From Eledone cirrhosa (lineage: Eukaryota): a stretch of 64,000 nucleotides of DNA. The stretch lies in contig OZ024741.1 in NCBI GenBank assembly GCA_964016885.1, positions 415,586,001 through 415,650,000 of the forward strand, written 5' to 3'. Positions 37,101 through 52,100 of the stretch are shown one piece after another. The number at the start of each line of letters is the position of its first letter. Position 1 is the first letter of the stretch. Position numbers and translations under genes: made by a program. The notes under the pieces are model-generated. The model saw only the letters and a program-made list of their open reading frames with translations. It had not been told where the DNA came from and did no database searches.

Positions 37101-40100
37101 CTGGGGCCTCTGTTATATTAACTGGGGCCTCTGTTATATAAACTGGGGCCTCTGTTATATTAAATGGGGTCTCTGTTATATTAACTGGGGTCTCTGTTAT
37201 ATTAACTGGGGTCTCTGTTATATTAACTGGGCCTCTGTTATATTAACTGGGGCCTCTGTTATATTAACTGGGGCCTCTGTTATATTAACTGGGGTCTCTG
37301 TTATATTAACTGGGGTCTCTGTTATATTAACTGGGGTATGTTATATTAACTGGGGTCTCTGTAATATTAACTGGGGTCTCTATTATATTAACTGGGGTCT
37401 CAGTTATATTAACTGGGGTCTCTGTTATATTTACTGGGGTATGTTATATTAACTGGGGTCTCTGTTATATTAACTGGGCCCTCTGTTATATTAATTGGGG
37501 CCTCTGTTATAATAACTGGGGTCTGTGTAATATTAACTGGGGTCTGTGTAATATTAACTGGGGTCTCTGTTATATTAACTGGGGTCTCTGTTATATTAAC
37601 TGGGGTCTCTGTTATATTAACTGGGGTCTCTGTTATATTAACTGGGGTCTCTGTTATATTAACTCGGGTCTGTTATATGAACTGGGGTCTCTGTTATATT
37701 AACTCGGGTCTGTTATATGAACTGGGGTCTCTGTTATATTAACTGGTGTATGTTATATTAACTGGGGTCTCTGTAATATTAACTGGGGTCTCTATTATAT
37801 TAACTGGGGTCTCTGTTATATTAACTGGGGTCTCTGTTATATTAACTGGAGTCTCTGTTATATTAACTGGGGTCTCTGTTATATTAACTGGGGCCTCTGT
37901 TATATTAACTGGGGCCTCTGTTATATTAACTGGGGCCTCTGTTATATTAACTGGGGCCTCCGTTTTATTAACTGGGGTCTCTGTTATATTAACTGGGGTC
38001 TCTGTTATATTAAATGGGGTCTCTGTTATATTAACTGGGGTTCTGTTATATTGACTGGTGCCTCTGTTATATTAACTGGGTTCTCTGTTATATTAACTGG
38101 GGCCTCTGTTATATTAACTGGGGTCTCTGTTATATTAACTGGGGTCTCTGTTATATTAACTGGGGCCTCTGTTATATTAACTGGGGCCTCTGTTATATTA
38201 ACTGGGGGCTCTGTTATATTAACAGGGGCTTCTGTTATATTAACTGGGGTCTCTGTTATATTAACTGGGGCCTCTCTTATATTAACTGGGGTCTCCGTTA
38301 TATTAAATGGGGTCTCTGGTATATTAACTGGGGCCTCTCTTATATTAACTGGGGTCTCTGTTATATTAACTGGGGTCTCTGTTATATTAACTGGGGTCTC
38401 TGTTATATTAACTGGGGTATGTTATATTAACTGGGGTTTCTGTTATATTAACTGGGGCCTCTGTTATATTAACTGGGGCCTCTGTTATATAAACTGGGGC
38501 CTCTGTTATATTAAATGGGGTCTCTGTTATATTAACTGGGGTCTCTGTTATATTAACTGGGGTCTCTGTTATATTAACTGGGCCTCTGTTATATTAACTG
38601 GGGCCTCTGTTATATTAACTGGGGCCTCTGTTATATTAACTGGGGTCTCTGTTATATTAACTGGGGTCTCTGTTATATTAACTGGGGTATGTTATATTAA
38701 CTGGGGTCTCTGTAATATTAACTGGGGTCTCTATTATATTAACTGGGGTCTCAGTTATATTAACTGGGGTCTCTGTTATATTTACTGGGGTATGTTATAT
38801 TAACTGGGGTCTCTGTTATATTAACTGGGCCCTCTGTTATATTAATTGGGGCCTCTGTTATAATAACTGGGGTCTGTGTAATATTAACTGGGGTCTGTGT
38901 AATATTAACTGGGGTCTCTGTTATATTAACTGGGGTCTCTGTTATATTAACTGGGGTCTCTGTTATATTAACTGGGGTCTCTGTTATATTAACTGGGGTC
39001 TCTGTTATATTAACTCGGGTCTGTTATATGAACTGGGGTCTCTGTTATATTAACTCGGGTCTGTTATATGAACTGGGGTCTCTGTTATATTAACTGGTGT
39101 ATGTTATATTAACTGGGGTCTCTGTAATATTAACTGGGGTCTCTATTATATTAACTGGGGTCTCTGTTATATTAACTGGGGTCTCTGTTATATTAACTGG
39201 AGTCTCTGTTATATTAACTGGGGTCTCTGTTATATTAACTGGGGCCTCTGTTATATTAACTGGGGCCTCTGTTATATTAACTGGGGCCTCTGTTATATTA
39301 ACTGGGGCCTCCGTTTTATTAACTGGGGTCTCTGTTATATTAACTGGGGTCTCTGTTATATTAAATGGGGTCTCTGTTATATTAACTGGGGTTCTGTTAT
39401 ATTGACTGGTGCCTCTGTTATATTAACTGGGTTCTCTGTTATATTAACTGGGGCCTCTGTTATATTAACTGGGGTCTCTGTTATATTAACTGGGGTCTCT
39501 GTTATATTAACTGGGGCCTCTGTTATATTAACTGGGGCCTCTGTTATATTAACTGGGGGCTCTGTTATATTAACAGGGGCTTCTGTTATATTAACTGGGG
39601 TCTCTGTTATATTAACTGGGGCCTCTGTTATATTAAATGGGGTCTCTGTTATATTAACTGGGGTCTCTGTTATATTAACTGGGGCCTCTGTTATATTAGC
39701 TGGGGCCTCTGTTATATTAACTGTGGTCTCTGTTACATTAAATGGGGTCACTGTTACATTAAATGGGGTCTCTGTTATATTAACTGGGGCCTCTGTTATA
39801 TTAACTGGTGCCTCTGTTATATTAACTGGGGTCTCTGTTATATTAACTGGGGTCTCTGTTATATTAACTGGGTTCTCTGTTATATTAACTGGGGTATGTT
39901 ATATTAACTGGGGTCTCTGTTATATTAACTGGGGTCTCTGTTATATTAACTGGGGTATGTTATATTAACTGGGGTCTCTGTTATATTAACTGGGGCCTCT
40001 GTTATATTAACTGGGGTATGTTATATTAACTGGGGTCTCTGTTATATTGACTGGGGTACGTTATATTAACTGGGGTCTCTGTAATATTAACTGGGGTCTC

Positions 40101-43100
40101 TATTATATTAACTGGGGTCTCTGTTATATTAACTGGGGCCTCTGTTATATTAACTGGGGCCTCTGTTATATTAACTGGGGTCTCTGTTATATTAACTGGG
40201 GCCTCTGTTATATTAACTGGGGTCTCTGTTATATTAACTGGCGCCTCTGTTATATTAACTGGGGCCTCTGTTATATTAACTGGGGCCTCTGTTATATTAA
40301 CTGGGGTCTCTGTTATATTAACTAGGGTCTCTGTTATGTTAAATGGGGTCTCTGTTATATTAACTGGGGTCTCTGTTATATTAACTGGTGCCTCTGTTAT
40401 ATTAACTGGGGTCTCTGTTATATTAACTGGGGCCTCTGTTATATTAACTGGGGCCTCTATTATATTAACTGGGGTCTCTGTTATATTAACTGGGGTATGT
40501 TATATTAACTGGAGCCTCTGTAATATTAACTAGGGTCTCTATTATATTAACTGGGATCTCTGTTATATTAACTGGGGTCTCTGTTATATTAACTGGCGCC
40601 TCTGTTATATTAACTGGGGCCTCTGTTATATTAACTGGGGTCTCTGTTATATTAACTGGGGTCTCTGTTATATTAACTGGGGCCTCTGTTATATTAAATG
40701 GGGTCTCTGTTATATTAACTGGGGTCTCTGTTATATTAACTGGGGCCTCTGTTATATTAGCTGGGGCCTCTGTTATATTAACTGTGGTCTCTGTTACATT
40801 AAATGGGGTCTCTGTTACATTAAATGGGGTCTCTGTTATATTAACTGGGGCCTCTGTTATATTAACTGGGGCCTCTGTTATATTAACTGGGGTCTCTGTT
40901 ATATTAACTGGGGTCTCTGTTATATTAACTGGGTTCTCTGTTATATTAACTGGGGTATGTTATATTAACTGGGGTCTCTGTTATATTAACTGGGGTCTCT
41001 GTTATATTAACTGGGGTATGTTATATTAACTGGGGTCTCTGTTATATTAACTGGGGCCTCTGTTATATTAACTGGGGCCTCTGTTATATTAACTGGGGCC
41101 TCCGTTATATTAACTGGGGTCTCTGTTATATTAACTGGGGTCTCTGTTATATTAACTGGTGCCTCTGTTATATTAACTGGGGTCTCTGTTATATTAACTG
41201 GGGTCTCTGTTATATTAACTGGGGTCTCTGTTATATTAACTGGGGCCTCTGTTATATTAACTGGGGCCTCTGTTATATTAACTGGGGGCTCTGTTATATT
41301 AACTGGGGCCTCTGTTATATTAATTGGGGTCTCTGTCATATTAACTGGGGTCTCTGTTATGTTAACTGGGGCCTCTGTTATATTAACTGGGGCTTCTGTT
41401 ATATTAACTGGGGCCTCTGTTATATTAACTGGGGCCTCTGTTATATTAAATGGGGTCTCTGTTATATTAACTGGCGCCTCTGTTATATTAACTGGGGCCT
41501 CTGTTATATTAACTGGGGCCTCTGTTATATTAACTGGGGTCTCTGTTATATTAACTAGGGTCTCTGTTATGTTAAATGGGGTCTCTGTTATATTAACTGG
41601 GGTCTCTGTTATATTAACTGGTGCCTCTGTTATATTAACTGGGGTCTCTGTTATATTAACTGGGGCCTCTGTTATATTAACTGCGGCCTCTGTTATATTA
41701 ACTGGGTCTCTGTTATATTAACTGGGGTCTCTGTTATATTAACTGGGGTATGTTATATTAACTGGGGCCTCTGTAATATTAACTAGAGTCTCTATTATAT
41801 TAACTGGGATCTCTGTTATATTAACTGGGGCCTCTGTTATATTAACTGGGGTCTCTGTTATATTAACTGGGGTCTCTGTTATATTATCTGGAGTCTCTGT
41901 TATATTAACTGGGGTCTCTGTTATATTAACTGGGGCCTCTGTTATATTAACTGGGGCCTCTGTTATATTAACTGGGTCTCCGTTATATTAACTGGGGTCT
42001 CTGTTATATTAACTGGGGTCTCTGTAATCTTAAATGGTGCCTCTGTTATATTAACTGCGGTCACTGTTATATTAGCTGGGGCCTCTGTTATATTAACTGG
42101 GGTCTCTATTATATTAACTGGGGTCTCTGTTATCTTAAATGGGGTCTCTGTTATATTAACTGGGACCTCTGTTATATTAACTGGGGTCTCTGTTATATTA
42201 ACTGGGGGTCTCTGTTATATTTACTGGGGTATGTTATATTAACTGGGGTCTCTGTTATTTTAACTGGGCCCTCTGTCATATTAATTGGGGCCTCTGTTAT
42301 AATAACTGGGGTCTGTGTAATATTAACTGGGGTCTGTGTAATATTAACTGGGGTCTATGTTATATTAACTGGGGTCTCTGTTATATTAACTGGGGCCTCT
42401 GTTATATTGACTGGGGCCTCTGTTATGTTAACTGGGGCCTCTGTTATATTAACTGGGCTCTCTGTTATATTAACTGGGGTCTCTGTTATATTAACTGGGG
42501 TCTCTGTTATATTAACTGGGGTCTCTGTTATATTAACTCGGGTCTGTTATATTAACTGGGGTCTCTGTTATATTAACTGGTGTATGTTATATTAACTGGG
42601 GTCTCTGTAATATTAACTGGGGTCTCTATTATATTGACTGGGGTCTCTGTTATATTAACTGGGGTCTCTGTTATATTAACTGGGGTCTCTGTTATATTAA
42701 CTCGGGTCTCTGTTATATTAACTGGGGGCTCTGTTATATTAACTGGGGCTTCTGTTATATTAACTGGGGTCTCTGTTATATTAACTGGAGCCTCTGTTAT
42801 ATTAAATGGGGTCTCTGTTATATTAACTGGGGTCTCTGTTATATTAACTGGGGCCTCTGTTATATTAGCTGGGGCCTCTGTTATATTAACTGGGGTCTCT
42901 GTTACATTAAATGGGGTCTCTGTTACATTAAATGGGGTCTCTGTTATATTAACTGGGGCCTCTGTTATATTAACTGGGGCCTCTGTTATATTAACTGGGG
43001 TCTCTGTTATATAAACTGGGGCCTCTGTTATATTAACTGGGTTCTCTGTTATATTAACTGGGGTATGTTATATTAACTGGGGTCTCTGTTATATTAACTG

Positions 43101-46100
43101 GGGTCTCTGTTATATTAACTGGGGTATGTTATATTAACTGGGGTCTCTGTTATATTAACTGGGGCCTCTGTTATATTAACTGGGGCCTCTGTTATATTAA
43201 CTGGGGCCTCCGTTATGTTAACTGGGGTCTCTGTTATATTAACTGGGGTCTCTGTTATATTAACTGGTGCCTCTGTTATATTAACTGGGGTCTCTGTTAT
43301 ATTAACTGGGGTCTCTGTTATATTAACTGGGGTCTCCTGTTATATTAACTGGGGTCTCTGTTATATTAACTGGGGCCTCTGTTATATTAACTGGGGCCTC
43401 TGTTATATTAACTGGGGGCTCTGTTATATTAACTGGGGCCTCTGTTATATTAATTGGGGTCTCTGTCATATTAACTGGGATCTCTGTTATGTTAACTGGG
43501 GCCTCTGTTATATTAACTGGGGCTTCTGTTATATTAACTGGGGCCTCTGTTATATTAACTGGGGCCTCTGTTATATTAACTGGGGTCTCTGTTATATTAA
43601 CTGGCACCTCTGTTATATTAACTGGGGCCTCTGTTATATTAACAGGGGCCTCTGTTATATTAACTGGGGTCTCTGTTATATTAACTAGGGTCTCTGTTAT
43701 GTTAAATGGGGTCTCTGTTATATTAACTGGGGTCTCTGTTATATTAACTGGTGCCTCTGTTATATTAACTGGGGTCTCTGTTATATTAACTGGGGCCTCT
43801 GTTATATTAACTGGGGCCTCTGTTATATTAACTGGGGTCTCTGTTATATTAACTGGGGTATGTTATATTAACTGGGGCCTCTGTAATATTAACTAGGGTC
43901 TCTATTATATTAACTGGGATCTCTGTTATATTAACTGGGGCCTCTGTTATATTAACTGGGGTCTCTGTTATATTAACTGGGGTCTCTGTTATATTGTCTG
44001 GAGTCTCTGTTATATTAACTGGGGTCTCTGTTATATTAACTGGGGCCTCTGTTATATTAACTGGGGCCTCCGTTATATTAACTGGGGTCTCTGTTATATT
44101 AACTGGGGTCTCTGTTATCTTAAATGGGGTCTCTGTTATATTAACTGGGGTCTCTGTTATATTAACTGGTGCCTCTGTTATATTAACTGGGGTCTCTATT
44201 ATATTAACTGGGGTCTCTGTTATCTTAAATGGGGTCTCTGTTATATTAACTGGGACCTCTGTTATATTAACTGGGGTCTCTGTTATATTAACTGGGGTCT
44301 CTGTTATATTTACTGGGGTATGTTATATTAACTGGGGTCTCTGTTATATTAACTGGGCCCTCTGTTATATTAATTGGGGCCTCTGTTATAATAACTGGGG
44401 TCTGTGTAATATTAACTGGGGTCTGTGTAATATTAACTGGGGTCTATGTTATATTAACTGGGGTCTCTGTTATATTAACTGGGGCCTCTGTTATATTGAC
44501 TGGGGCCTCTGTTATGTTAACTGGGGCCTCTGTTATATTAACTGGGCTCTCTGTTATATTAACTGGGGTCTCTGTTATATTAACTGGGGTCTCTGTTATA
44601 TTAACTGGGGTCTCTGTTATATTAACTGGGGTCTCTGTTATATTAACTCGGGTCTGTTATATTAACTGGGGTCTCTGTTATATTAACTGGGGTATGTTAT
44701 ATTAACTGGGGTCTCTGTAATATTAACTGGGGTCTCTATTATATTAACTGGGGTCTCTGTTATATTAACTGGGGTCTCTGTTATATTAACTGGAGTCTCT
44801 GTTATATTAACTGGGGTCTCTGTTATATTAACTGGGGCCTCTGTTATATTAACTGGGGGCTCTGTTATATTAACTGGGGCTTCTGTTATATTAACTGGGG
44901 TCTCTGTTATATTAACTGGAGCCTCTGTTATATTAAATGGGGTTTCTGTTATATTAACTGGGGCCTCTGTTATATTAGCTGGGGCCTCTGTTATATTAAC
45001 TGGGGTCTCTGTTACATTAAATGGGGTCTCTGTTACATTAAATGGGGTCTCTGTTATATTAACTGGGGCCTCTGTTATATTAACTGGGGCCTCTGTTATA
45101 TTAACTGGGGTCTCTGTTATATAAACTGGGGCCTCTGTTATATTAACTGGGTTCTCTGTTATATTAACTGGGGTATGTTATATTAACTGGGGTCTCTGTT
45201 ATATTAACTGGGGTCTCTGTTATATTAACTGGGGTATGTTATATTAACTGGGGTCTCTGTTATATTAACTGGGGCCTCTGTTATATTAACTGGGGCCTCT
45301 GTTATATTAACTGGGGCCTCCGTTATGTTAACTGGGGTCTCTGTTATATTAACTGGGGTCTCTGTTATATTAACTGGTGCCTCTGTTATATTAACTGGGG
45401 TCTCTGTTATATTAACTGGGGTCTCTGTTATATTAACTGGGGTCTCCTGTTATATTAACTGGGGTCTCTGTTATATTAACTGGGGCCTCTGTTATATTAA
45501 CTGGGGCCTCTGTTATATTAACTGGGGGCTCTGTTATATTAACTGGGGCCTCTGTTATATTAATTGGGGTCTCTGTCATATTAACTGGGATCTCTGTTAT
45601 GTTAACTGGGGCCTCTGTTATATTAACTGGGGCTTCTGTTATATTAACTGGGGCCTCTGTTATATTAACTGGGGCCTCTGTTATATTAACTGGGGTCTCT
45701 GTTATATTAACTGGCGCCTCTGTTATATTAACTGGGGCCTCTGTTATATTAACTGGGGCCTCTGTTATATTAACTGGGGTCTCTGTTATATTAACTAGGG
45801 TCTCTGTTATGTTAAAAGGGGTCTCTGTTATATTAACTGGGGTCTCTGTTATATTAACTGGTGCCTCTGTTATATTAACTGGGGTCTCTGTTATATTAAC
45901 TGGGGCCTCTGTTATATTAACTGGGGCCTCTGTTATATTAACTGGGGTCTCTGTTATATTAACTGGGGTATGTTATATTAACTGGGGCCTCTGTAATATT
46001 AACTAGGGTCTCTATTATATTAACTGGGATCTCTGTTATATTAACTGGGGCCTCTGTTATATTAACTGGGGTCTCTGTTATATTAACTGGGGTCTCTGTT

Positions 46101-49100
46101 ATATTGTCTGGAGTCTCTGTTATATTAACTGGGGTCTCTGTTATATTAACTGGGGCCTCTGTTATATTAACTGGGGCCTCCGTTATATTAACTGGGGTCT
46201 CTGTTATATTAACTGGGGTCTCTGTTATCTTAAATGGGGTCTCTGTTATATTAACTGGGGTCTCTGTTATATTAACTGGTGCCTCTGTTATATTAACTGG
46301 GGTCTCTATTATATTAACTGGGGTCTCTGTTATCTTAAATGGGGTCTCTGTTATATTAACTGGGACCTCTGTTATATTAACTGGGGTCTCTGTTATATTA
46401 ACTGGGGTCTCTGTTATATTTACTGGGGTATGTTATATTAACTGGGGTCTCTGTTATATTAACTGGGCCCTCTGTTATATTAATTGGGGCCTCTGTTATA
46501 ATAACTGGGGTCTGTGTAATATTAACTGGGGTCTGTGTAATATTAACTGGGGTCTATGTTATATTAACTGGGGTCTCTGTTATATTAACTGGGGCCTCTG
46601 TTATATTGACTGGGGCCTCTGTTATGTTAACTGGGGCCTCTGTTATATTAACTGGGCTCTCTGTTATATTAACTGGGGTCTCTGTTATATTAACTCGGGT
46701 CTGTTATATTAACTGGGGTCTCTGTTATATTAACTGGGGTATGTTATATTAACTGGGGTCTCTGTAATATTAACTGGGGTCTCTATTATATTAACTGGGG
46801 TCTCTGTTATATTAACTGGGGTCTCTGTTATATTAACTGGAGTCTCTGTTATATTAACTGGGGTCTCTGTTATATTAACTGGGGCCTCTGTTATATTAAC
46901 TGGGGCCTCTGTTATATTAACTGGGGCCTCTGTTATATTAACTGGGGCCTCCGTTTTATTAACTGGGGTCTCTGTTATATTAACTGGGGTCTCTGTTATA
47001 TTAAATGGCGTCTCTGTTATATTAACTGGGGTTCTGTTATATTGACTGGTGCCTCTGTTATATTAACTGGGGTCTCTGTTATATTAACTGGGGCCTCTGT
47101 TATATTAACTGGGGTCTCTGTTATATTAACTGGGGTCTCTGTTATATTAACTGGGGTCTCTGTTACATTAAATGGGGTCTCTGTTATATTAACTGGGGCC
47201 TCTGTTATATTAACTGGGGCCTCTGTTATATTAACTGGGGCCTCTGTTATATTAACTGGGGTCTCTGTTATATTAACTGGGGCCTCTGTTATATTAACTG
47301 GGGCCTCTTTTATATTAACTGGGGGTCTCTGTTATATTAACTGGGGTCTCTGTTATATTAACTCGGGTCTCTGTTATATTAACTGGGGGCTCTGTTATAT
47401 TAACTGGGGCTTCTGTTATATTAACTGGGGTCTCTGTTATATTAACTGGGGCCTCTGTTATATTAACTGGGGTCTCTGTTATATTAACTGGGGTCTCTGT
47501 TATATTAACTCGGGTCTCTGTTATATTAACTGGGGGCTCTGTTATATTAACTGGGGCTTCTGTTATATTAACTGGGGTCTCTGTTATATTAACTGGGGCC
47601 TCTGTTATATTAAATGGGGTCTCTGTTATATTAACTGGGGTCTCTGTTATATTAACTGGGGCCTCTGTTATATTAGCTGGGGCCTCTGTTATATTAACTG
47701 GGGTCTCTGTTACATTAAATGGGGTCTCTGTTACATTAAATGGGGTCTCTGTTATATTAACTGGGGCCTCTGTTATATTAACTGGGGTCTCTGTTATATT
47801 AACTGGGGCCTCTGTTATATTAACTGGGTTCTCTGTTATATTAACTGGGGTATGTTATATTAACTGGGGTCTCTGTTATATTAACTGGGGTCTCTTTTAT
47901 ATTAACTGGGGTATGTTATATTAACTGGGGTCTCTGTTATATTAACTGGGGCCTCTGTTATATTAACTGGGGCCTCTGTTATATTAACTGGGGCCTCTGT
48001 TATATTAAATGGGGTCTCTGATATATTAACTGGGGTCTCTGTTATATTAACTGGGGCCTCTGTTATATTAACTGGGGCCTCTGTTATATTAACTGGGGCC
48101 TCTGTTATATTAAATGGGGTCTCTGTTATATTAACTGGCGCCTCTGTTATATTAACTGGGGCCTCTGTTATATTAACTGGGGCCTCTGTTATATTAACTG
48201 GGGTCTCTGTTATATTAACTAGGGTCTCTGTTATATTAAATGGTGCCTCTGTTATAATAACTGGGGTCCCTGTTATATTAACTGGGGCCTCTGTTATATT
48301 AACTGGGGTCTCTGTTATATTAACTGGGGTCTCTGTTATATTAACTGGGTTATGTTATATTAACTGGGGTCTCTGTAATATTAACTGGGGTCTCTATTAT
48401 ATTAACTGGGGTCTCTGTTATATTAACTGGGGCCTCTGTTATATTAACTGGGGTCACTGTTATATTAACTGGGGCCTCTGTTATATTAACTGGGGCCTCT
48501 GTTATATTAACTGGGGCCTCCGTTATATTAACTGGGGTCTCTATTATATTAACTGGGGTCTCTGTTATCTTAAATGGGGTTTCTATTATATTAACTGGGG
48601 TCTCTGTTATATTAACTGGTGCCTCTGTTATATTAACTGGGGTCTCTGTTATATTAACTGGGGCCTCTGTTATATTAACTGGGGTCTCTATTATATTAAC
48701 TGGGGTCTCTGTTATATTAACTGGGGTCTCTGTTACATTAAATGGGGTCTCTTTTATATTAACTGGGGCCTTTGCTATATTAACTGGGCTCTCTGTTTTA
48801 TTAACTGGGGTCTGTGTTATATTAACTGGAGTCTCTGTTATATTAACTGGGGTCTCTGTTATATTAACTGGGGCCTCTGTTATATTAACTGGGGCCTCTG
48901 TTATATTAACTGGGGCCTCTGTTATATTAACTGGGGCCTCCGTTTTATTAACTGGGGTCTCTGTTATATTAACTGGGGTCTCTGTTATATTAAATGGCGT
49001 CTCTGTTATATTAATTGGGGTTCTGTTATATTGACTGGTGCCTCTGTTATATTAACTGGGGTCTCTGTTATATTAACTGGGGCCTCTGTTATTTTAACTG

Positions 49101-52100
49101 GGGTCTCTGTTATATTAACTGGGGTCTCTGTTATATTAACTGGGGTCTCTGTTACATTAAATGGGGTCTCTGTTATATTAACTGGGGCCTCTGTTATATT
49201 AACTGGGGCCTCTGTTATATTAACTGGGGCCTCTGTTATATTAACTGGGGTCTCTGTTATATTAACTGGGGCCTCTGTTATATTAACTGGGGCCTCTTTT
49301 ATATTAACTGGGGGTCTCTGTTATATTAACTGGGGTCTCTGTTATATTAACTCGGGTCTCTGTTATATTAACTGGGGGCTCTGTTATATTAACTGGGGCT
49401 TCTGTTATATTAACTGGGGTCTCTGTTATATTAACTGGGGCCTCTGTTATATTAACTGGGGTCTCTGTTATATTAACTGGGGTCTCTGTTATATTAACTC
49501 GGGTCTCTGTTATATTAACTGGGGGCTCTGTTATATTAACTGGGGCTTCTGTTATATTAACTGGGGTCTCTGTTATATTAACTGGGGCCTCTGTTATATT
49601 AAATGGGGTCTCTGTTATATTAACTGGGGTGTCTGTTATATTAACTGGGGCCTCTGTTATATTAGCTGGGGCCTCTGTTATATTAACTGGGGTCTCTGTT
49701 ACATTAAATGGGGTCTCTGTTACATTAAATGGGGTCTCTGTTATATTAACTGGGGCCTCTGTTATATTAACTGGGGTCTCTGTTATATTAACTGGGGCCT
49801 CTGTTATATTAACTGGGTTCTCTGTTATATTAACTGGGGTATGTTATATTAACTGGGGTCTCTGTTATATTAACTGGGGTCTCTGTTATATTAACTGGGG
49901 TATGTTATATTAACTGGGGTCTCTGTTATATTAACTGGGGCCTCTGTTATATTAACTGGGGCCTCTGTTATATTAACTGGGGCCTCTGTTATATTAAATG
50001 GGGTCTCTGATATATTAACTGGGGTCTCTGTTATATTAACTGGGGCCTCTGTTATATTAACTGGGGCCTCTGTTATATTAACTGGGGCCTCTGTTATATT
50101 AAATGGGGTCTCTGTTATATTAACTGGCGCCTCTGTTATATTAACTGGGGCCTCTGTTATATTAACTGGGGCCTCTGTTATATTAACTGGGGTCTCTGTT
50201 ATATTAACTAGGGTCTCTGTTATATTAAATGGTGCCTCTGTTATAATAACTGGGGTCCCTGTTATATTAACTGGGGCCTCTGTTATATTAACTGGGGTCT
50301 CTGTTATATTAACTGGGGTCTCTGTTATATTAACTGGGTTATGTTATATTAACTGGGGTCTCTGTAATATTAACTGGGGTCTCTATTATATTAACTGGGG
50401 TCTCTGTTATATTAACTGGGGCCTCTGTTATATTAACTGGGGTCACTGTTATATTAACTGGGGCCTCTGTTATATTAACTGGGGTCTCTGTTATATTAAC
50501 TGGGGCCTCCGTTATATTAACTGGGGTCTCTATTATATTAACTGGGGTCTCTGTTATCTTAAATGGGGTTTCTATTATATTAACTGGGGTCTCTGTTATA
50601 TTAACTGGTGCCTCTGTTATATTAACTGGGGTCTCTGTTATATTAACTGGGGCCTCTGTTATATTAACTGGGGTCTCTATTATATTAACTGGGGTCTCTG
50701 TTATATTAACTGGGGTCTCTGTTACATTAAATGGGGTCTCTGTTATATTAACTGGGGCCTCTGTTATATTAACTGGGCTCTCTGTTTTATTAACTGGGGT
50801 CTCTGTTATATTAACTGAGGTCTCTGTTATATTAACTGGGGTCTCTGTTATATTAACTGAGGTCTCTGTTATATTAACTGGGGTCTCTATTATATTAACT
50901 GGGATCTCTTTTATATTCACTGGGGTCTCTGTTATATTAACTGGGGTATGTTATATTAACTGGGGTCTCTGTTATATTAACTGGGTTCTCTGTTATATTA
51001 GCTGGGGTATGTTATATTAACTGGGGCCTCTGTTATATTAACTGGGCTCTCTGTTATATTAACTGGGTTCTCTGTTATATTAACTGGGGTCTCTGTTATA
51101 TTAACTAGGGTCTCTGTTATATTAACTGGGGCCTCTGTTATATTAACTGGGGCCTCTGTTATATTAACTGGGGCCTCTGTTATATTAACTGGGGCCTCTG
51201 TTATATTGATTGGGGTCTCTGTCATATTAACTGGGGTCTCTGTTATGTTAACTGGGGCCTCTGTTATATTAACTGGGGCCTCTGTTATATTAACTGGGGC
51301 CTCTGTTATATTAACTGGGGCCTCTGTTATATTAAATGGGGTCTCTGTTATATTAACTGGGGTCTCTGTTATATTAACTGGTGCCTCTGTTATATTAACT
51401 GGGGTCTCTGTTATATTAACTGGGGCCTCTGTTATATTAACTGGGGCCTCTGTTATATTAACTGGGGTCTCTGTTATATTAACTGGGGTCTCTGTTATAT
51501 TAACTGGGGTATGTTATATTAACTGGGGCCTCTGTAATATTAACTAGGGTCTCTATTATATTAACTGGGGTCTCTGTTATATTAACTGGGGCCTCTGTTA
51601 TATTAACAGGGGCCTCTGTTATATTAACTGGGGCCTCCGTTATATTAACTGGGGTCTCTGTTATATTAACTGGGGTCTCTGTTATCTTAAATGGGGTCTC
51701 TGTTATATTAACTGGGGTCTCTGTTATATTAACTGGTGCCTCTGTTATATTAACTGGGGTCTCTGTTATATTAGCTGGGGCCTCTGTTATATTAACTGGG
51801 GTCTCTATTATATTAACTGGGGTCTCTGGTATCTTAAATGGGGTCTCTGTTATATTAACTGGGACCTCTGTTATATTAACTGGGGTCTCTGTTATATTAA
51901 CTGGGGTCTCTGTTATATTTACTGGGGTATGTTATATTAACTGGGGTCTCTGTTATATTAACTGGGCCCTCTGTTATATTAATTGGGGCCTCTGTTATAA
52001 TAACTGGGGTCTGTGTAATATTAACTGGGGTCTGTGTAATATTAACTGGGGTCTATGTTATATTAACTGGGGTCTCTGTTATATTAACTGGGGCCTCTGT